In this document: positions 19,617-30,380 of the stretch, piece after piece
Layout: each line of letters opens with the position of its first letter
Position numbering within the stretch: the first letter of the stretch is position 1
Source: Anaeromyxobacteraceae bacterium
GTDB lineage: Bacteria; Myxococcota; Myxococcia; Myxococcales; Anaeromyxobacteraceae
Length of the DNA: 64,000 nt
Assembly (NCBI GenBank): GCA_047602405.1
Contig: JASGHJ010000002.1
Location: 3,328,001-3,392,000 of the forward strand
Direction: 5' to 3'
The notes under the pieces: model-generated
What the model was told of the DNA's origin: nothing
Database searches by the model: none
What the model saw: the letters and a program-made list of their open reading frames with translations, nothing else
Made by a program: the position numbers and the translations under genes

Positions 19617-20039
19617 TCACTCCGCGCGGAGCCAGAGGGTGAGCCCCTCGACCCGCTCCACCTTGCACCGCTGCCCCGCCCTGAGCGGGATGCCCGACGA
19701 GACGCGGGCCGTCCAGGGCGTCCCGCGCAGCTCGGCGCGCCCGTCCTGGCCCTCTCTGACGTCCTCGAGGAGCGTCGCGACCTCGCCCACGAGCTCCTGC
19801 ACGGGCGGCCCGGCGCGCCGGGCCAGCCACTCCTGGATGGGCTTGCGGACGGTGAGGACGAGGCCGATCGAGAGGACCGTGAAGGCGATCCACTGGACGA
19901 TCGCCGGCGCACCCAGGGCCGCGAGCAGCGAGGTCGCGATCGCGCCCGCCCCGAAGAACAGGGCGAACAGCCCCCCGGGCGTGAGCATCTCGAACACGAG
20001 CAGCGCGAGACCGACCAGGATCCAGAGCCACCAGGCCAT
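19617..20039 (-). CDS. NfeD-family membrane protein
   Basis: MAWWLWILVG...GRAELRGTPWTA...VERVEGLTLW; usual partner of SPFH genes. Confidence 0.9.
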   Translation of the reverse strand: MAWWLWILVGLALLVFEMLTPGGLFALFFGAGAIATSLLAALGAPAIVQWIAFTVLSIGLVLTVRKPIQEWLARRAGPPVQELVGEVATLLEDVREGQDGRAELRGTPWTARVSSGIPLRAGQRCKVERVEGLTLWLRAE

Positions 20040-20166
20040 TCGAGCGTTCCCTCCCCGGGCGGGCTGCAACATACCACGCTGGACCCGCGCGCAGGCGGCC
20101 GGGCTCCCGCACGCACCGCGCCATGCGCACCTTGGGGCCCGGCTGCACACGCGGGAGGGAAGGCGA

Positions 20167-20670
20167 ATGGCGAGGAACACCAGCAGGACCACCACGGACC
20201 ACGAGGAGATCCGGCGGTGGGTCGAGGAGCGGGGCGGCACGCCGTCGGAGGTCGCCGCCACGGCGACGGAGGGCGACCCCGGGATCATCCGGATCGACTT
20301 CCCGGGCTACTCGGGCGAGGGGAAGCTCCAGCCCATCGGCTGGGACGACTGGTTCAGGAAGTTCGACGACTCCGGGCTCGCGTTCGTCTTCCAGGAGACC
20401 ACCGCCGAGGGCGAGCGGAGCAACTTCAACAAGCTCGTCTCGCGGGACACGGCGGCCGCGAAGTCGCGCAAGCGGGGCGGGGCGAGCACGGGCGCCCGCG
20501 GCGGCGCCGCGCGGCGGGGCGCGCGCACGAGCGGCCAGCGCGAGGCCGCCCGGACCACGGGCAAGCGGAAGGCCCCCCGGAAGCCGCCGGCCTCGCGGTC
20601 GGGCGGGAAGCGGGCGAAGCGCGGCGCGGGCGGCGCGAAGAAGCGCGGCCGCTCCCGCGGTCAGGCGTAG
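20167..20670 (+). CDS. Conserved small protein with Lys/Arg-rich tail
   Basis: TTTDHEEIRRWVEERGGTP...IRIDFPG...WDDWFRKFD...FNKLVSR; RBS GGAAGG. Confidence 0.75.
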   Translation: MARNTSRTTTDHEEIRRWVEERGGTPSEVAATATEGDPGIIRIDFPGYSGEGKLQPIGWDDWFRKFDDSGLAFVFQETTAEGERSNFNKLVSRDTAAAKSRKRGGASTGARGGAARRGARTSGQREAARTTGKRKAPRKPPASRSGGKRAKRGAGGAKKRGRSRGQA

Positions 20671-21545
20671 CGCCGGACGATCTCCGCGCAGAACGCGGCG
20701 AACGCCTCGGGCTCCCTCGGCGGACTCGTGTGGTCCGGCCGCACCCCGAGGTGCTCGGGCGTGAAGCAGCAGGTGGCGGTCACCTCGAACGGCTCGAGCG
20801 CCCGGGCGAGCCGGTCGAACCAGCGCTCGGAGTCGGGGCGGAACGCATCCGCCCAGCTCCAGCCGGTGCGCACCTGCCGCACGCCGAGCTCGCGCAGCCA
20901 GCGCACCCCCGCGTCGAGCCGCGGGTCCTCGAAGTGGAACCACTGGCAGACGCCGAGCGCAGGCGTGTGCTCGGCGAAGCGCCGGAGCGCGGGCTTCGGC
21001 GTCCCGTCCTCGCGCACGAGCCCCATGTAGAAGTGGCGGTAGTAGGAGGAGCCCTCGGCCTCGCGGTGGCGGGTGGTCGCCGGCCAGGCCCGCGGGAGGT
21101 CGAACAGGCTGTACCAGTGCACGCGCGGCGCGAGCCCGGCGAGGAGCTCGGCGGTGCGCACGAGGCCGAGCTCCTGGACCTCCTCCGCGCCGAACGAGGA
21201 CGCGCCCACCTCGGAGATCCAGACCGGCTTCTCGGTCGCGGCGGTGATCTCGGCGTAGCGCGACGGCCACTCGCGGAGCTGCCAGTGGTTCCAGTCGAGC
21301 GGGAAGCCGTGCACCGCCACGGCGTCCACCTCGTCGAGCCCGCCCTGCCGCTCGAGGAGCCCGAGGAAGCTCGCGTCGATGGGCGACATGCCCCCGAGGA
21401 CGCGGGTGAGGCCGGGCCGCTCGGCCCGCACGGCCGCGCCCGCGAGCCGGGCCATGCGGCTGAAGGTGGTCCACTCCGGATCGAGCTGGAAATCCCAGTG
21501 GGAGAGGTTGTTCGGTTCGTTCCAAATCATCACCGAGTCGATCAC
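20661..21545 (-). CDS. Glycoside hydrolase (beta-xylosidase-like, clan GH-A)
   Basis: IWNEPN acid/base motif, AVHGFPLDW, PVWISEVG nucleophile motif. Confidence 0.85.
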   Translation of the reverse strand: MIDSVMIWNEPNNLSHWDFQLDPEWTTFSRMARLAGAAVRAERPGLTRVLGGMSPIDASFLGLLERQGGLDEVDAVAVHGFPLDWNHWQLREWPSRYAEITAATEKPVWISEVGASSFGAEEVQELGLVRTAELLAGLAPRVHWYSLFDLPRAWPATTRHREAEGSSYYRHFYMGLVREDGTPKPALRRFAEHTPALGVCQWFHFEDPRLDAGVRWLRELGVRQVRTGWSWADAFRPDSERWFDRLARALEPFEVTATCCFTPEHLGVRPDHTSPPREPEAFAAFCAEIVRRYA

Positions 21546-22264
21546 CCGAGACCCCCGTCGGCCACCGTGCAGACGTAGAGCTCGGTCCCCGGGATGGCGC
21601 GGGGCGCGAAGCCGGCGGATCGCAGCATGGCCTCCGCGCAGGCGCGGTTCGGGATCCACCAGTTGGTCTCGTCGGACGCGTAGCGGTGCTCGACGAAGTG
21701 GAGCTTCGGCCACGCCGGGTGGTCGAAGACGTCGCGCTCGGCGAACGGGTAGTCGGGCGCGGCGCCGAAGTGCCCCTCGCTGCCGCGCAGCATGCTCTGG
21801 AAGACGAGCAGGTCCCGGCAGGCGTGCGCGCGGAGGAGGTCGAGCGCGAGCAGCGGGTGGCGCAGGTGGTAGAGCACGCCCATGAACAGCACCACGTCGA
21901 AGCGCTCCTCGAGCCGGGCGACGTCGTAGACCGACAGCTCGTGGAGCTCGAGCGTGACCCCGCTCACCTCCGCGGCGAGCCGCGCCTGGGCGAGGTAGCG
22001 CGGGTCGTGATCGACGGAGACCACCCGCGCCGCGCCGCGGCGGGCGAGCTCGATCGAGAAGAAGCCGGCGTTGCAGCCCACGTCGAGCACCGTCTTCCCG
22101 GAGAGGTCGGCCGGCAGCGCCGGCGCGAGGAGCCGCCAGACGATGCGCGGGTAGTCGCCGAGGAAGTGCCCCGGCGCGGTCTCGACGCCGCCGAGGTCGA
22201 GGTTGTGGAACCACGGATCGAGCGCGCGCACCCGCGCCTCGAGCCCCTGCCGATCTCCCGTCAC
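21542..22264 (-). CDS. SAM-dependent methyltransferase (TIGR04290-like)
   Basis: PWFHNLDL...HFLGDYP, VLDVGCNAGF, MGVLYHLRHPL, TNWWIPN. Confidence 0.88.
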   Translation of the reverse strand: MTGDRQGLEARVRALDPWFHNLDLGGVETAPGHFLGDYPRIVWRLLAPALPADLSGKTVLDVGCNAGFFSIELARRGAARVVSVDHDPRYLAQARLAAEVSGVTLELHELSVYDVARLEERFDVVLFMGVLYHLRHPLLALDLLRAHACRDLLVFQSMLRGSEGHFGAAPDYPFAERDVFDHPAWPKLHFVEHRYASDETNWWIPNRACAEAMLRSAGFAPRAIPGTELYVCTVADGGLG

Positions 22265-23022
22265 GTGCCCGCCCCCCGCCCCTCGCCAGCCGCCTCGGGC
22301 TCCGCGTGCGCGCGCAGCGTGACGAGGGCCTCGTGCCAGCCGTGCAGGGTCCCCACGTCGACGTACGCCCGGCCCGCCCGCACGCCCCGCGCCTCGCCGC
22401 CCGCGTCGAGCCACGCGTTCACGAGCGTGCCCACGTACGCGTCCTCCTCGCCGCGGGCCCGCCAGAGCGCGTGCCACTCGGCGAGCACCGCGCCGGTGAG
22501 CTTGAAGCCGCCCCACACCCAGCACGTGGAGGGCCGCTCGGCCTTCACCTCGATCCGGTCGACGCGATCGCCCGGGCCGGTCACCACGGCGTCGAAGAGC
22601 TCGGGGTGCGCGACCGGGAAGAGGAGGAACGAGACCCCGGCGCCGAGCGCGGAGAAGCCGTCCTCGGGGAACCAGACCGTGTCGGGCAGGCCCACGAGCA
22701 GCTCGTCCGTGGGCGCCACGAACGGCAGCGCCCGGAAGAGCGCGTCGCACAGGCCCGCCGGGCGCGGCTGCACCGCGTAGCAGATGCGGGCGGACCCCGC
22801 GCTGCCGCCCCAGTACTCGACGATGTCCGACTTCCCCGGCGAGATGACGAAGCACAGCCGGTCCGCCCCGGCGCGCAGCATCCGCTCGACGAGGTACTCC
22901 GACACCGCGCGCGGCCGCTCCACGCCGTCCACCCAGCGGCTGCCCACGGGCAGGAGCTCCTTCGAGAACGCGAGCGGCTGGATCCGGCTCCCCGCCCCCG
23001 CCGCCGGCACGATCCCCCACAC
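22261..23022 (-). CDS. Sugar-phosphate nucleotidyltransferase
   Basis: GIVPAAGAGSRIQPLAFSKELLPVG motif. Confidence 0.88.
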   Translation of the reverse strand: MWGIVPAAGAGSRIQPLAFSKELLPVGSRWVDGVERPRAVSEYLVERMLRAGADRLCFVISPGKSDIVEYWGGSAGSARICYAVQPRPAGLCDALFRALPFVAPTDELLVGLPDTVWFPEDGFSALGAGVSFLLFPVAHPELFDAVVTGPGDRVDRIEVKAERPSTCWVWGGFKLTGAVLAEWHALWRARGEEDAYVGTLVNAWLDAGGEARGVRAGRAYVDVGTLHGWHEALVTLRAHAEPEAAGEGRGAGT

Positions 23023-23024
23023 GG

Positions 23025-24125
23025 CTAGACCACCTCCCCGCGGACGGCCTGCCGCGGCGCCGCCTCGCAGCTCGCGACGAGCGCGCGGGCCCGGGCGTCC
23101 GCGGTGTGCTCGGCGAGGAACCGCTCCCGCGCGCGCCGCCCCACGCGCGCGAGGGCCTCGCGCGGCATGGCCACCGCGGCGGCGGCCTCCTCCGGCCCGC
23201 GCGCGACGAGGATCTCCTCGCCCGGGGCGAAGAACGCCTCCACGCCCGGGAACGCGTCGGTGAGCACCGGCACGCCGCACCCCGCCGCCTCGAAGAGGCG
23301 CGGGCTCGGGCCGTGGCCCGCCGCGGCCATCTCGGGCCGGGTGACGTTCACGGTCAGCGGCGACGAGCAGAAGAACGCCGGGTGGAGCGCCGGCTCGAGG
23401 TGGCGGACCCAGCGCACGTTCGGCCGCCACGGGAACCCGTCCCCGTACATCGCGCCCGCGAGCACGAAGGTCCGCGCCGGCAGGCGATCCGCCGGGGCGA
23501 GGAACAGGGCCTCGAGTCCGGGCTGTCGCTCCGGCGCGTACGTGCCGAGGTAGGAGCAGTCCCCGCGGAACGCCCCCTCCGCCGGCGCGGGCCGGTGCAC
23601 CGCGGGGTCGGCGAACCCGCAGAGCGCGGCCGTGCGCCGGGCGCCGAGCCGATCCTTCAGCACCTCGAGCGCGCGCCCCGCCGTGAACGAGAGGACGAGG
23701 TCGAACCCGCCCAGGCCACCCGGCGGCAGCCACGGGACCGGCTCGCCGGCCTCGAGCCGCGCGAGCGTCACGCCCGTGTCGAGGTCGTAGAAGCAGCGCA
23801 CCGGCCGGGGCGCCTCGAGGACGAGCGCGGAGGCGAGCGCGGCGTCGGGGCAGTACGACGTCACGATCGCGACGTCGGCCTCGGCGACGACCCTCGCGGC
23901 CTCGGCGTGGATCCCCTCGAGCCCGGCGTGCAGGCGCAGCGTGCCGCCCGGGAGCTCCGTGAGGTCGCGGTGGCTCGCGTACCAGGGCACGTCGCGCTCG
24001 AAGAAGGTGAGGTGGTGGCCGAGCCGCGCGAGGGCAGCCGCGAGCCCCCGCCAGAGCGTGGCGTGGCCGTTTCCCCAGGTCGAGCTCGCGGTGAGCCCGA
24101 AGGCGACGAGGTGGAGGCCGCGCAC
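23025..24125 (-). CDS. Glycosyltransferase (CgeB-like, GT-B)
   Basis: SSTWGNGHATLWRGL, FFERDVPWY, SPRLFEAAGCG. Confidence 0.88.
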   Translation of the reverse strand: MRGLHLVAFGLTASSTWGNGHATLWRGLAAALARLGHHLTFFERDVPWYASHRDLTELPGGTLRLHAGLEGIHAEAARVVAEADVAIVTSYCPDAALASALVLEAPRPVRCFYDLDTGVTLARLEAGEPVPWLPPGGLGGFDLVLSFTAGRALEVLKDRLGARRTAALCGFADPAVHRPAPAEGAFRGDCSYLGTYAPERQPGLEALFLAPADRLPARTFVLAGAMYGDGFPWRPNVRWVRHLEPALHPAFFCSSPLTVNVTRPEMAAAGHGPSPRLFEAAGCGVPVLTDAFPGVEAFFAPGEEILVARGPEEAAAAVAMPREALARVGRRARERFLAEHTADARARALVASCEAAPRQAVRGEVV

Positions 24126-24337
24126 GCACGAAGGTAGGCCTCGCCCGCGCCCACGGCAGGGGGCCGGGCGTCGGCGGACGGGCCCGTCCCGGACGGGCAT
24201 CCCGCGATCCGGCGACGTACGGGACGGGCGCGCCGCCGCTTGCTCGGGGCCCGGACCGCCGCTAGGGTCAACAGACGCTCCCCCTGCGGCCTCATCCCTT
24301 CAACCGTCGTGTGCGACGGACGCTTCGAGGTCTCCCC

Positions 24338-27300
24338 ATGCATCGTCGTCTCGCGGTCGCCTCCCTCTCGCTCGCCCTCGCCGTGGCCTGCGGCAGCCCG
24401 CCGGCGCCTTCGGCCCCGTCGCCCCGGCTCCCCAGCGTGAGCGATGGGGCCGCCCCCGCCCGGCCCGGGAACTTCGTCGTGCGGGCCACCGAGCGCCGCG
24501 AGCGCCAGGCCTCCTCGTTCCGGTGGGCGTCCGGCGAGGCCCCCGTCGCCGCCGCCTCCGCGCGCGCCGCCCTCGTCGCACGCGGCCCGGCCGCGCTGGC
24601 CCGCGCCCACCTCGGCGCGCTCGCCGGGGCGCAGGGGCTCTCCGCGGAGGACCTCGCGACGGCGGAGACCGCCGCGGTCCACGACACCGGCGCGGGCGCG
24701 ATCATCGTGCGGTTCAGGCAGCGCATCGGCGGCGTCGAGGTGCTGGGCGGCGGCGCCGCGGTGGCGATGGACCGCGCGGGCGCGCTCGTCGCCACCACCG
24801 GCGAGCTCGCCCCGGTCCGCGAGGTCCCGGAGGGCGCCGCGTTCACGCTCGGCGCCGCCGAGGCCGTGGGCCTCGCGCTGACCGACGTCTCCGGCCAGGC
24901 CTACGCGGCCGGCGACCTCGTCGCGGGCCCGGCCCGCGGCGGCTACGACACGTTCGGCCTGCGCGCCGAGACCGCGGGCGCCCGCGCGGTGAGCTTCAGC
25001 CGCGACGCGCGCGCGAAGCAGGTCTGGTTCCGCCTGGCCGGCGGGCTCGAGCCGGCCTGGTACGTCGAGATCGGGCTGCGCCCCGCCGGCGCGCGGGTCC
25101 CGCTCGAGTACGGCTACGTCCTCTCGGCGCGCAGCGGCCGCCTGCTCCTGCGCAAGGACCAGGTCGTCCACGCCGCGTTCACGTACCGGGTCTTCGCGTC
25201 GCCCACGTCGCCGTACACCCCGTACGACGGCCCGCAGGGCTTCGCGGGCTCGCCGCACCCGTCCGGCGTGCCGGACGGCTTCACGCCCCCGTACGTCTCC
25301 CCCGAGGACATCAGCATCCAGAACGCGCCGTTCTCGAGGAACGACCCCTGGCTCGCCGCCGGCGCCACCGAGACGACCGGCAACAACGTCGACGCCTACG
25401 CCGACCTCGTGGCCGACCAGAACAACGGGTTCACGACGGGCGACGTGCGCGGCGCCGTCTCCTCGGCCGGGAAGTTCCAGTACACCTACGACCTCGCCGG
25501 CGAGCCGAGCGTCGCGGCGAGCCGGCAGGCGGCGATCGTCCAGCTGTTCTACGTGAACAACTGGCTGCACGACTGGTACTACGACGCGGGCTTCGCCGAG
25601 GTGGACGGCAACGCCCAGGCCGTGAACTACGGGCGCGGCGGCGCCGACGGCGACGCGCTCGTGGCCCAGGCGCAGGACGTCGGCGGCACCGACAACGCCA
25701 ACATGGCGACCCCCTCGGACGGCGCCTCGCCGCGCATGCAGATGTACCTGTGGATCACCCCCACGCCGCAGTTCGTGAAGGTGAACTCGCCCGCCTCGGC
25801 GCAGCTCCAGGCGGCCGCCGGGGTCGCGAACGAGTTCGGCCCCCAGTCGTTCGACCTCACCGGGGACCTCGTGGCGGCCGTCAACGGCACGAAGGCCGAC
25901 GGCTGCACGGCGCTCACGAACGCCGCGGCGGTGAAGGGGAAGATCGCGCTCGTCGACCGCGGCAACTGCACCTTCGTCGTGAAGGCCAAGACCGCCCAGG
26001 ACGCGGGCGCCGTCGGCGTGATCATCCGCAACGTGAACGACTCGCAGGCGCTCAACAACATGGCGAGCGACAACACGCCCGCGGCGGCGTTGATCACGAT
26101 CCCCCCGATGCTCATCGGCCAGGCCGCGGGCAAGACCATCGGCGACGCCGTCGCCGCGGGGACGGTCAACGTCACGATGACGCGCACGAAGGCGCCGCTC
26201 CGGGACGGCGACCTCGACACCTCGATCGTCGCCCACGAGTGGGGCCACTACATCGCGCACCGGCTGGTGCACGACTCGACCGGCCTCAACAGCGACCAGG
26301 CGAACGGCATGGGCGAGGGCTGGTCCGACTTCCACGCGCTCCTCCTGATGGTGCGTGACGAGGACCGCAACGTCCCCGCGAACCAGAACTTCTCCGGCGT
26401 CTACGGGGTGGGCGCCTACGCGACCGGCGGGTTCGCCGCCGCGGGCGGCCCGAACGACTCGTACTACTTCGCCATCCGCCGGGTGCCCTACTCGACCGAC
26501 ATGACGAAGAACCCGCTCTCCTTCCGGCACATCCAGGACGGCGTCGAGCTCGTCCCGGCGGGCTCCACCATCCCCATCGCCTTCGGCCGCGACGGCTCCC
26601 TCAACTCGGAGGTCCACGACGCCGGCGAGGTGTGGGCGACGATGCTCTGGGAGTGCTACGCGTCGCTCCTGCGCGACGGCCGGCTGACCTTCGCGCAGGC
26701 CCAGGACCGCATGAAGCGGTACCTCGTGGCCCACTACAAGCTGCTCCCCTTCGACCCGACCTTCCTCGAGGCGCGCGACGCCCTCCTCGCGGTCGCGCTC
26801 GCCGAGGACCCGGCCGACTTCACCGCGTTCCACGCCGCCTTCGCGAAGCGCGGCGCCGGCATCGGCGCCGTGGGGCCGGACCGCTACGCGGCGGGCAACC
26901 AGGGGGTGGTGGAGAGCACGCTCACCGGCCCGCTCCTCACCGCCGCCGGCGAGGCGTCGGTCGGCGTCATCGATCCCGGCGCGTGCAACGACGGCGACGG
27001 GATCCTCGACAACGGCGAGACCGGCACGGTCTCGGTGACCCTCGACAACGTGGGCACCACCGATCTCGCGGCGGTCACCGCGACGCTCTCGACCACGGCG
27101 CCCGACAAGGTCTCGTTCCCGGCGGGCACGTCGGTCGCGGTCGGCGGCACGGTGCCGCTCGTCGCGCACGGCGGAGGCCAGCCGAGCACGGTCGTCACCT
27201 TCAAGCTCGCCATCGCGCACGCGGCCCGCGCCGAGGTGGTGCCGCTCACCCTCACCTTCCCGGCGGGCTACCTCACCGAGAACCGCACGGTGGCCGTGAA

Positions 27301-28628
27301 CCTGCGCGTCAACTACGACCAGGCCGCCGCGGTCAGCGCCACCGACGACTTCGAGTCGTCGCTCCAGGCCTGGACGACCGCGGCGCCGAACGGCGCCTCG
27401 CCGTGGACGCGGGTCGCGCTCGACGCCGGGCGGCACGTGATGCACGGCCCCGACGCGGGCCTGCCCCAGGAGACGAGCCTCGTCTCGCCCTCCATCGCGC
27501 TCGGGAACACGGCGGCGACCGTCACCCTGCACCAGCGCTACGCCTTCGAGGGGGACGCGGCGACGGCCTGGTTCGACGGCGCGGTCGTGGAGCTGTCGCA
27601 GGACGGCGGCGCCACCTGGGCCGACCTCGGCGCCGCGGTGAAGTACGGGACCTCGCCCGCGTACGGCGGCGCCCTCTCCAACAACCAGAGCCAGAACCCG
27701 CTCGCGGGCAAGCAGGCCCTCGTGGGCACGAGCCCCGGGTACCCCGCGTTCAGCGCGCTCACGCTCGACCTCGGCACCGCCTACGCGGGCAAGACGGTGA
27801 AGCTGCGCCTGCGCGTCGGCTCCGACGAGCTCGTCGGCGCCGCCGGCTGGGACATCGACGACGTGGTCGTCACCGGCGCCACCAACACGCCGTTCCCGGC
27901 GATCCAGCCCGACGCGCTCGTCTGCGCCGCCGCCGGCGGCGTCGCCGCCAGCGCGGGCGGCGCCCAGATCGCCGCCGAGAACACGCTCGTCACGCTCGAC
28001 GCCTCGGGCTCCGCCTCGGAGGACCCGTCGAAGGCGCTGACCTACGCCTGGACCCAGCTCGGCTCGCCCACCGTCTCGCTCTCGAGCACCACGGCGGCGA
28101 AGCCGACCTTCACGGCCCCGGAGGTCGCGGCCGACACCACCCTCACCTTCCAGGTGACGGTCTCGGACGGCGCGAGCGCCCCGAGCTCCGCCCAGACGAC
28201 GGTGAAGGTGCTCAACGTCAACAAGCCGCCCGTCGCGAGCGCCGGCGCCAACCAGTCGGTGAAGGGCGGCGACCTCGTGCACCTCGACGCCACCGCCTCG
28301 ACCGACGCCGACCCCGGCACCACCCTCACCTACGAGTGGACCCAGAATCTCCGGGGTGGCCGTCTCGCTCCTCGACGCCAACACCGCCACCGCCTCGTTC
28401 AACGCGCCCACCCTGCAGAACGCGGTCACCACGCAGTTCCGGGTGACGGTCTCCGACGGCGCGGCCACCTCGATCGCCAACACGATCGTCACCATCTCGC
28501 CGGCCGGCGGCGGCTCGGGCTCCACCACGAAGAAGGGCGGGTGCGGCACGGCCGGGGCGGCCGGTCCGCTCGCGCTCCTCGCGATCGCGTTCCTCCGGCG
28601 CCGGCGGTCCGCCGCCGGCGCGCGGTAG
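24338..28628 (+). CDS. M36 (fungalysin) metallopeptidase with PA domain, PKD-like domains and MYXO-CTERM-like tail (+1 frameshift at about 28346)
   Basis: AHEWGH, GMGEGWSD, EVHDAGEVW; PA motif IALVDRGNCTF; C-terminus KKGGCGTAG-hydrophobic-RRRR. Confidence 0.92.
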
Positions 28629-28967
28629 TCACTCGCGCTTCCGGGCCGAGGACTCGGGCTGCGACCAGCCCGCGTCCTCGCGCCGGTCCGCCTCGCCGCC
28701 GGGCGAGAGCTCGTCCTCCCCGCCCGCCTGCCGGGCGGGCGCCGTGGGGTCGGCGCCACCGCCGGACGCCTCCCGGGCCCGGCGCGCGCCCAGGCTCTCG
28801 TCCTCGCCTGCCCCCTCGGCGCCGCCCCGGGGCGGCTCGACCGGGATGTCGCCCTCCATCATCCCGGCCTCGGCGTCGGTCGTCCCCTGGCGATCGGGCT
28901 CCGCGCCCTCGCTCGAATCCGCCGTGTGCTTCCTGGCCTCGTCCCCGGGCTCCCTCGGCTCGCTCAT
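28629..28967 (-). CDS. Small acidic, probably disordered hypothetical protein
   Basis: 112-aa E/D/G-rich ORF that fills the gap exactly, 16 nt after the upstream stop. Confidence 0.55.
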   Translation of the reverse strand: MSEPREPGDEARKHTADSSEGAEPDRQGTTDAEAGMMEGDIPVEPPRGGAEGAGEDESLGARRAREASGGGADPTAPARQAGGEDELSPGGEADRREDAGWSQPESSARKRE

Positions 28968-28983
28968 GCCAGAAGGATGCGCA

Positions 28984-30291
28984 TCACCCGAGGGCGAGCG
29001 CGAGGGCCCCCGCGGCCAGCGCGGCCCCCTGCGCGGCCGCCACGCGGCGGCCGAACGGCCACCCGCCCGCGACCGCGGCCATCACCGCCTTGACGAGGGT
29101 GTTCGAGGCCACGCCGAGCAGGATGGTCACCGCGGCGACGCGCTCCCCCACGGAGGTGCGGGCGAGGTCGGCCATCGAGAGGGTGATCGCGTCCACGTCG
29201 GTGGCGCCGGCGAGGAGGCCGGCGGCGTAGGTCCCGCCCGCGCCGAGGTAGGTCGCCGCGCCCTTCGAGACGAGGAGCACGAGGCCGAACAGGAGCGCGA
29301 AGCGGAGCGCCGAGCCGAGCTCGAAGGGGTTCGCGACGGCGAGCGCGCCGCCGTGCGCGGCGCCGTCGCGGGGTCCGCCCGGCACCTGCCCACCGCGCGC
29401 GCGCAGCCACAGGAGGAGCGCCGCCAGGGCCGCGGCGCAGGCCGCCGCGGCGAGCGGGGGCGCGACCGCGCCGAGGAGCGCCGGGTTCGCGATCGCGACG
29501 AGCACGATGACGCGCGCGAACATCACCGTCGAGGCGAGCACCACCGCCACCGAGGCAGGCCCGGCGAGCGCCGGCGTCTCCCTGGCCCGGCCCGCCATCG
29601 AGAGCGTCACCGCCGTCGAGGACACGAGCCCGCCCACGAAGCCGGTGAGGCCGAGCCCCCGCTCGGGCCCGAGCAGGCGCACCGCGGCGTAGCCCGCGAA
29701 GGAGAGCGCGGAGATGAGGACCAGGAGCGCGCCGATCTTGAAGGGGTTGAGGACGTCGAGCGGCCCGAAGGTGCGGTCGGGGAGGAGCGGCAGGAGCACC
29801 ACCGCCACGATGAGGAAGCGCATCGCGGCCGCGAGATCCGCGGACGAGATCCGGCCGACGAGCGGGTGCAGCGCCGGCTTCGCCGACAGGATCGCGGCGG
29901 CGACCACCGCCGCCCCGGCCACCACGAAGACCCGGGCCGAGAGCGGCTGGAGGACGTCCTCCGCCGCGGCGACGACGCCGAGCGAGAAGGTGACCAGGAA
30001 CGCCACCTCGGAGGTGATGCCGCGGTGCCGGTCGCGCCAGACGTCCCCCGCGTAGTTCGTGCCGAGCCAGAGCACGAGCGCGAGGAACGGGATGGCGACC
30101 ATCACCGGCCCGTGCTGCCGGGCGCCGAGGCTCGCGAGCGCCCCGGCGAGCGCGAGCAGGGGGTGGGTGCGGGCGCCGCCCACGAAGGACGTCGCGTCGG
30201 ACGGGTCGCGGGAGCGCTCCCGCTCGAGGCCGATGAGGAAGCCGGCGGCGAGGGCGAGGCCGAGCGCGGCGAAGGGCTCGAGGGGCAGCAT
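28984..30291 (-). CDS. MgtC/SapB-DUF4010 membrane protein
   Basis: LIGLERE, GARTHPL, GITSEVA, GGLVSSTAVT, GATDVDAITLS. Confidence 0.9.
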   Translation of the reverse strand: MLPLEPFAALGLALAAGFLIGLERERSRDPSDATSFVGGARTHPLLALAGALASLGARQHGPVMVAIPFLALVLWLGTNYAGDVWRDRHRGITSEVAFLVTFSLGVVAAAEDVLQPLSARVFVVAGAAVVAAAILSAKPALHPLVGRISSADLAAAMRFLIVAVVLLPLLPDRTFGPLDVLNPFKIGALLVLISALSFAGYAAVRLLGPERGLGLTGFVGGLVSSTAVTLSMAGRARETPALAGPASVAVVLASTVMFARVIVLVAIANPALLGAVAPPLAAAACAAALAALLLWLRARGGQVPGGPRDGAAHGGALAVANPFELGSALRFALLFGLVLLVSKGAATYLGAGGTYAAGLLAGATDVDAITLSMADLARTSVGERVAAVTILLGVASNTLVKAVMAAVAGGWPFGRRVAAAQGAALAAGALALALG

Positions 30292-30380
30292 GCCCTGCGA
30301 TGCTACGCCCGCCCGTCCCCCACCGCAGCGTCGAAGTTCCACCCGGGGGCCGCGCGCCGCGGCGTGCACATCGTGGGCGG

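Noticed and set aside
23861..28759. Very long antisense or alternate-frame ORFs (also 58086-63308, 41468-44377, 48042-50609 and others)
   Set aside because: Shadow ORFs caused by stop-codon scarcity in very high-GC DNA; Arg/Gly/Pro-rich with no motifs
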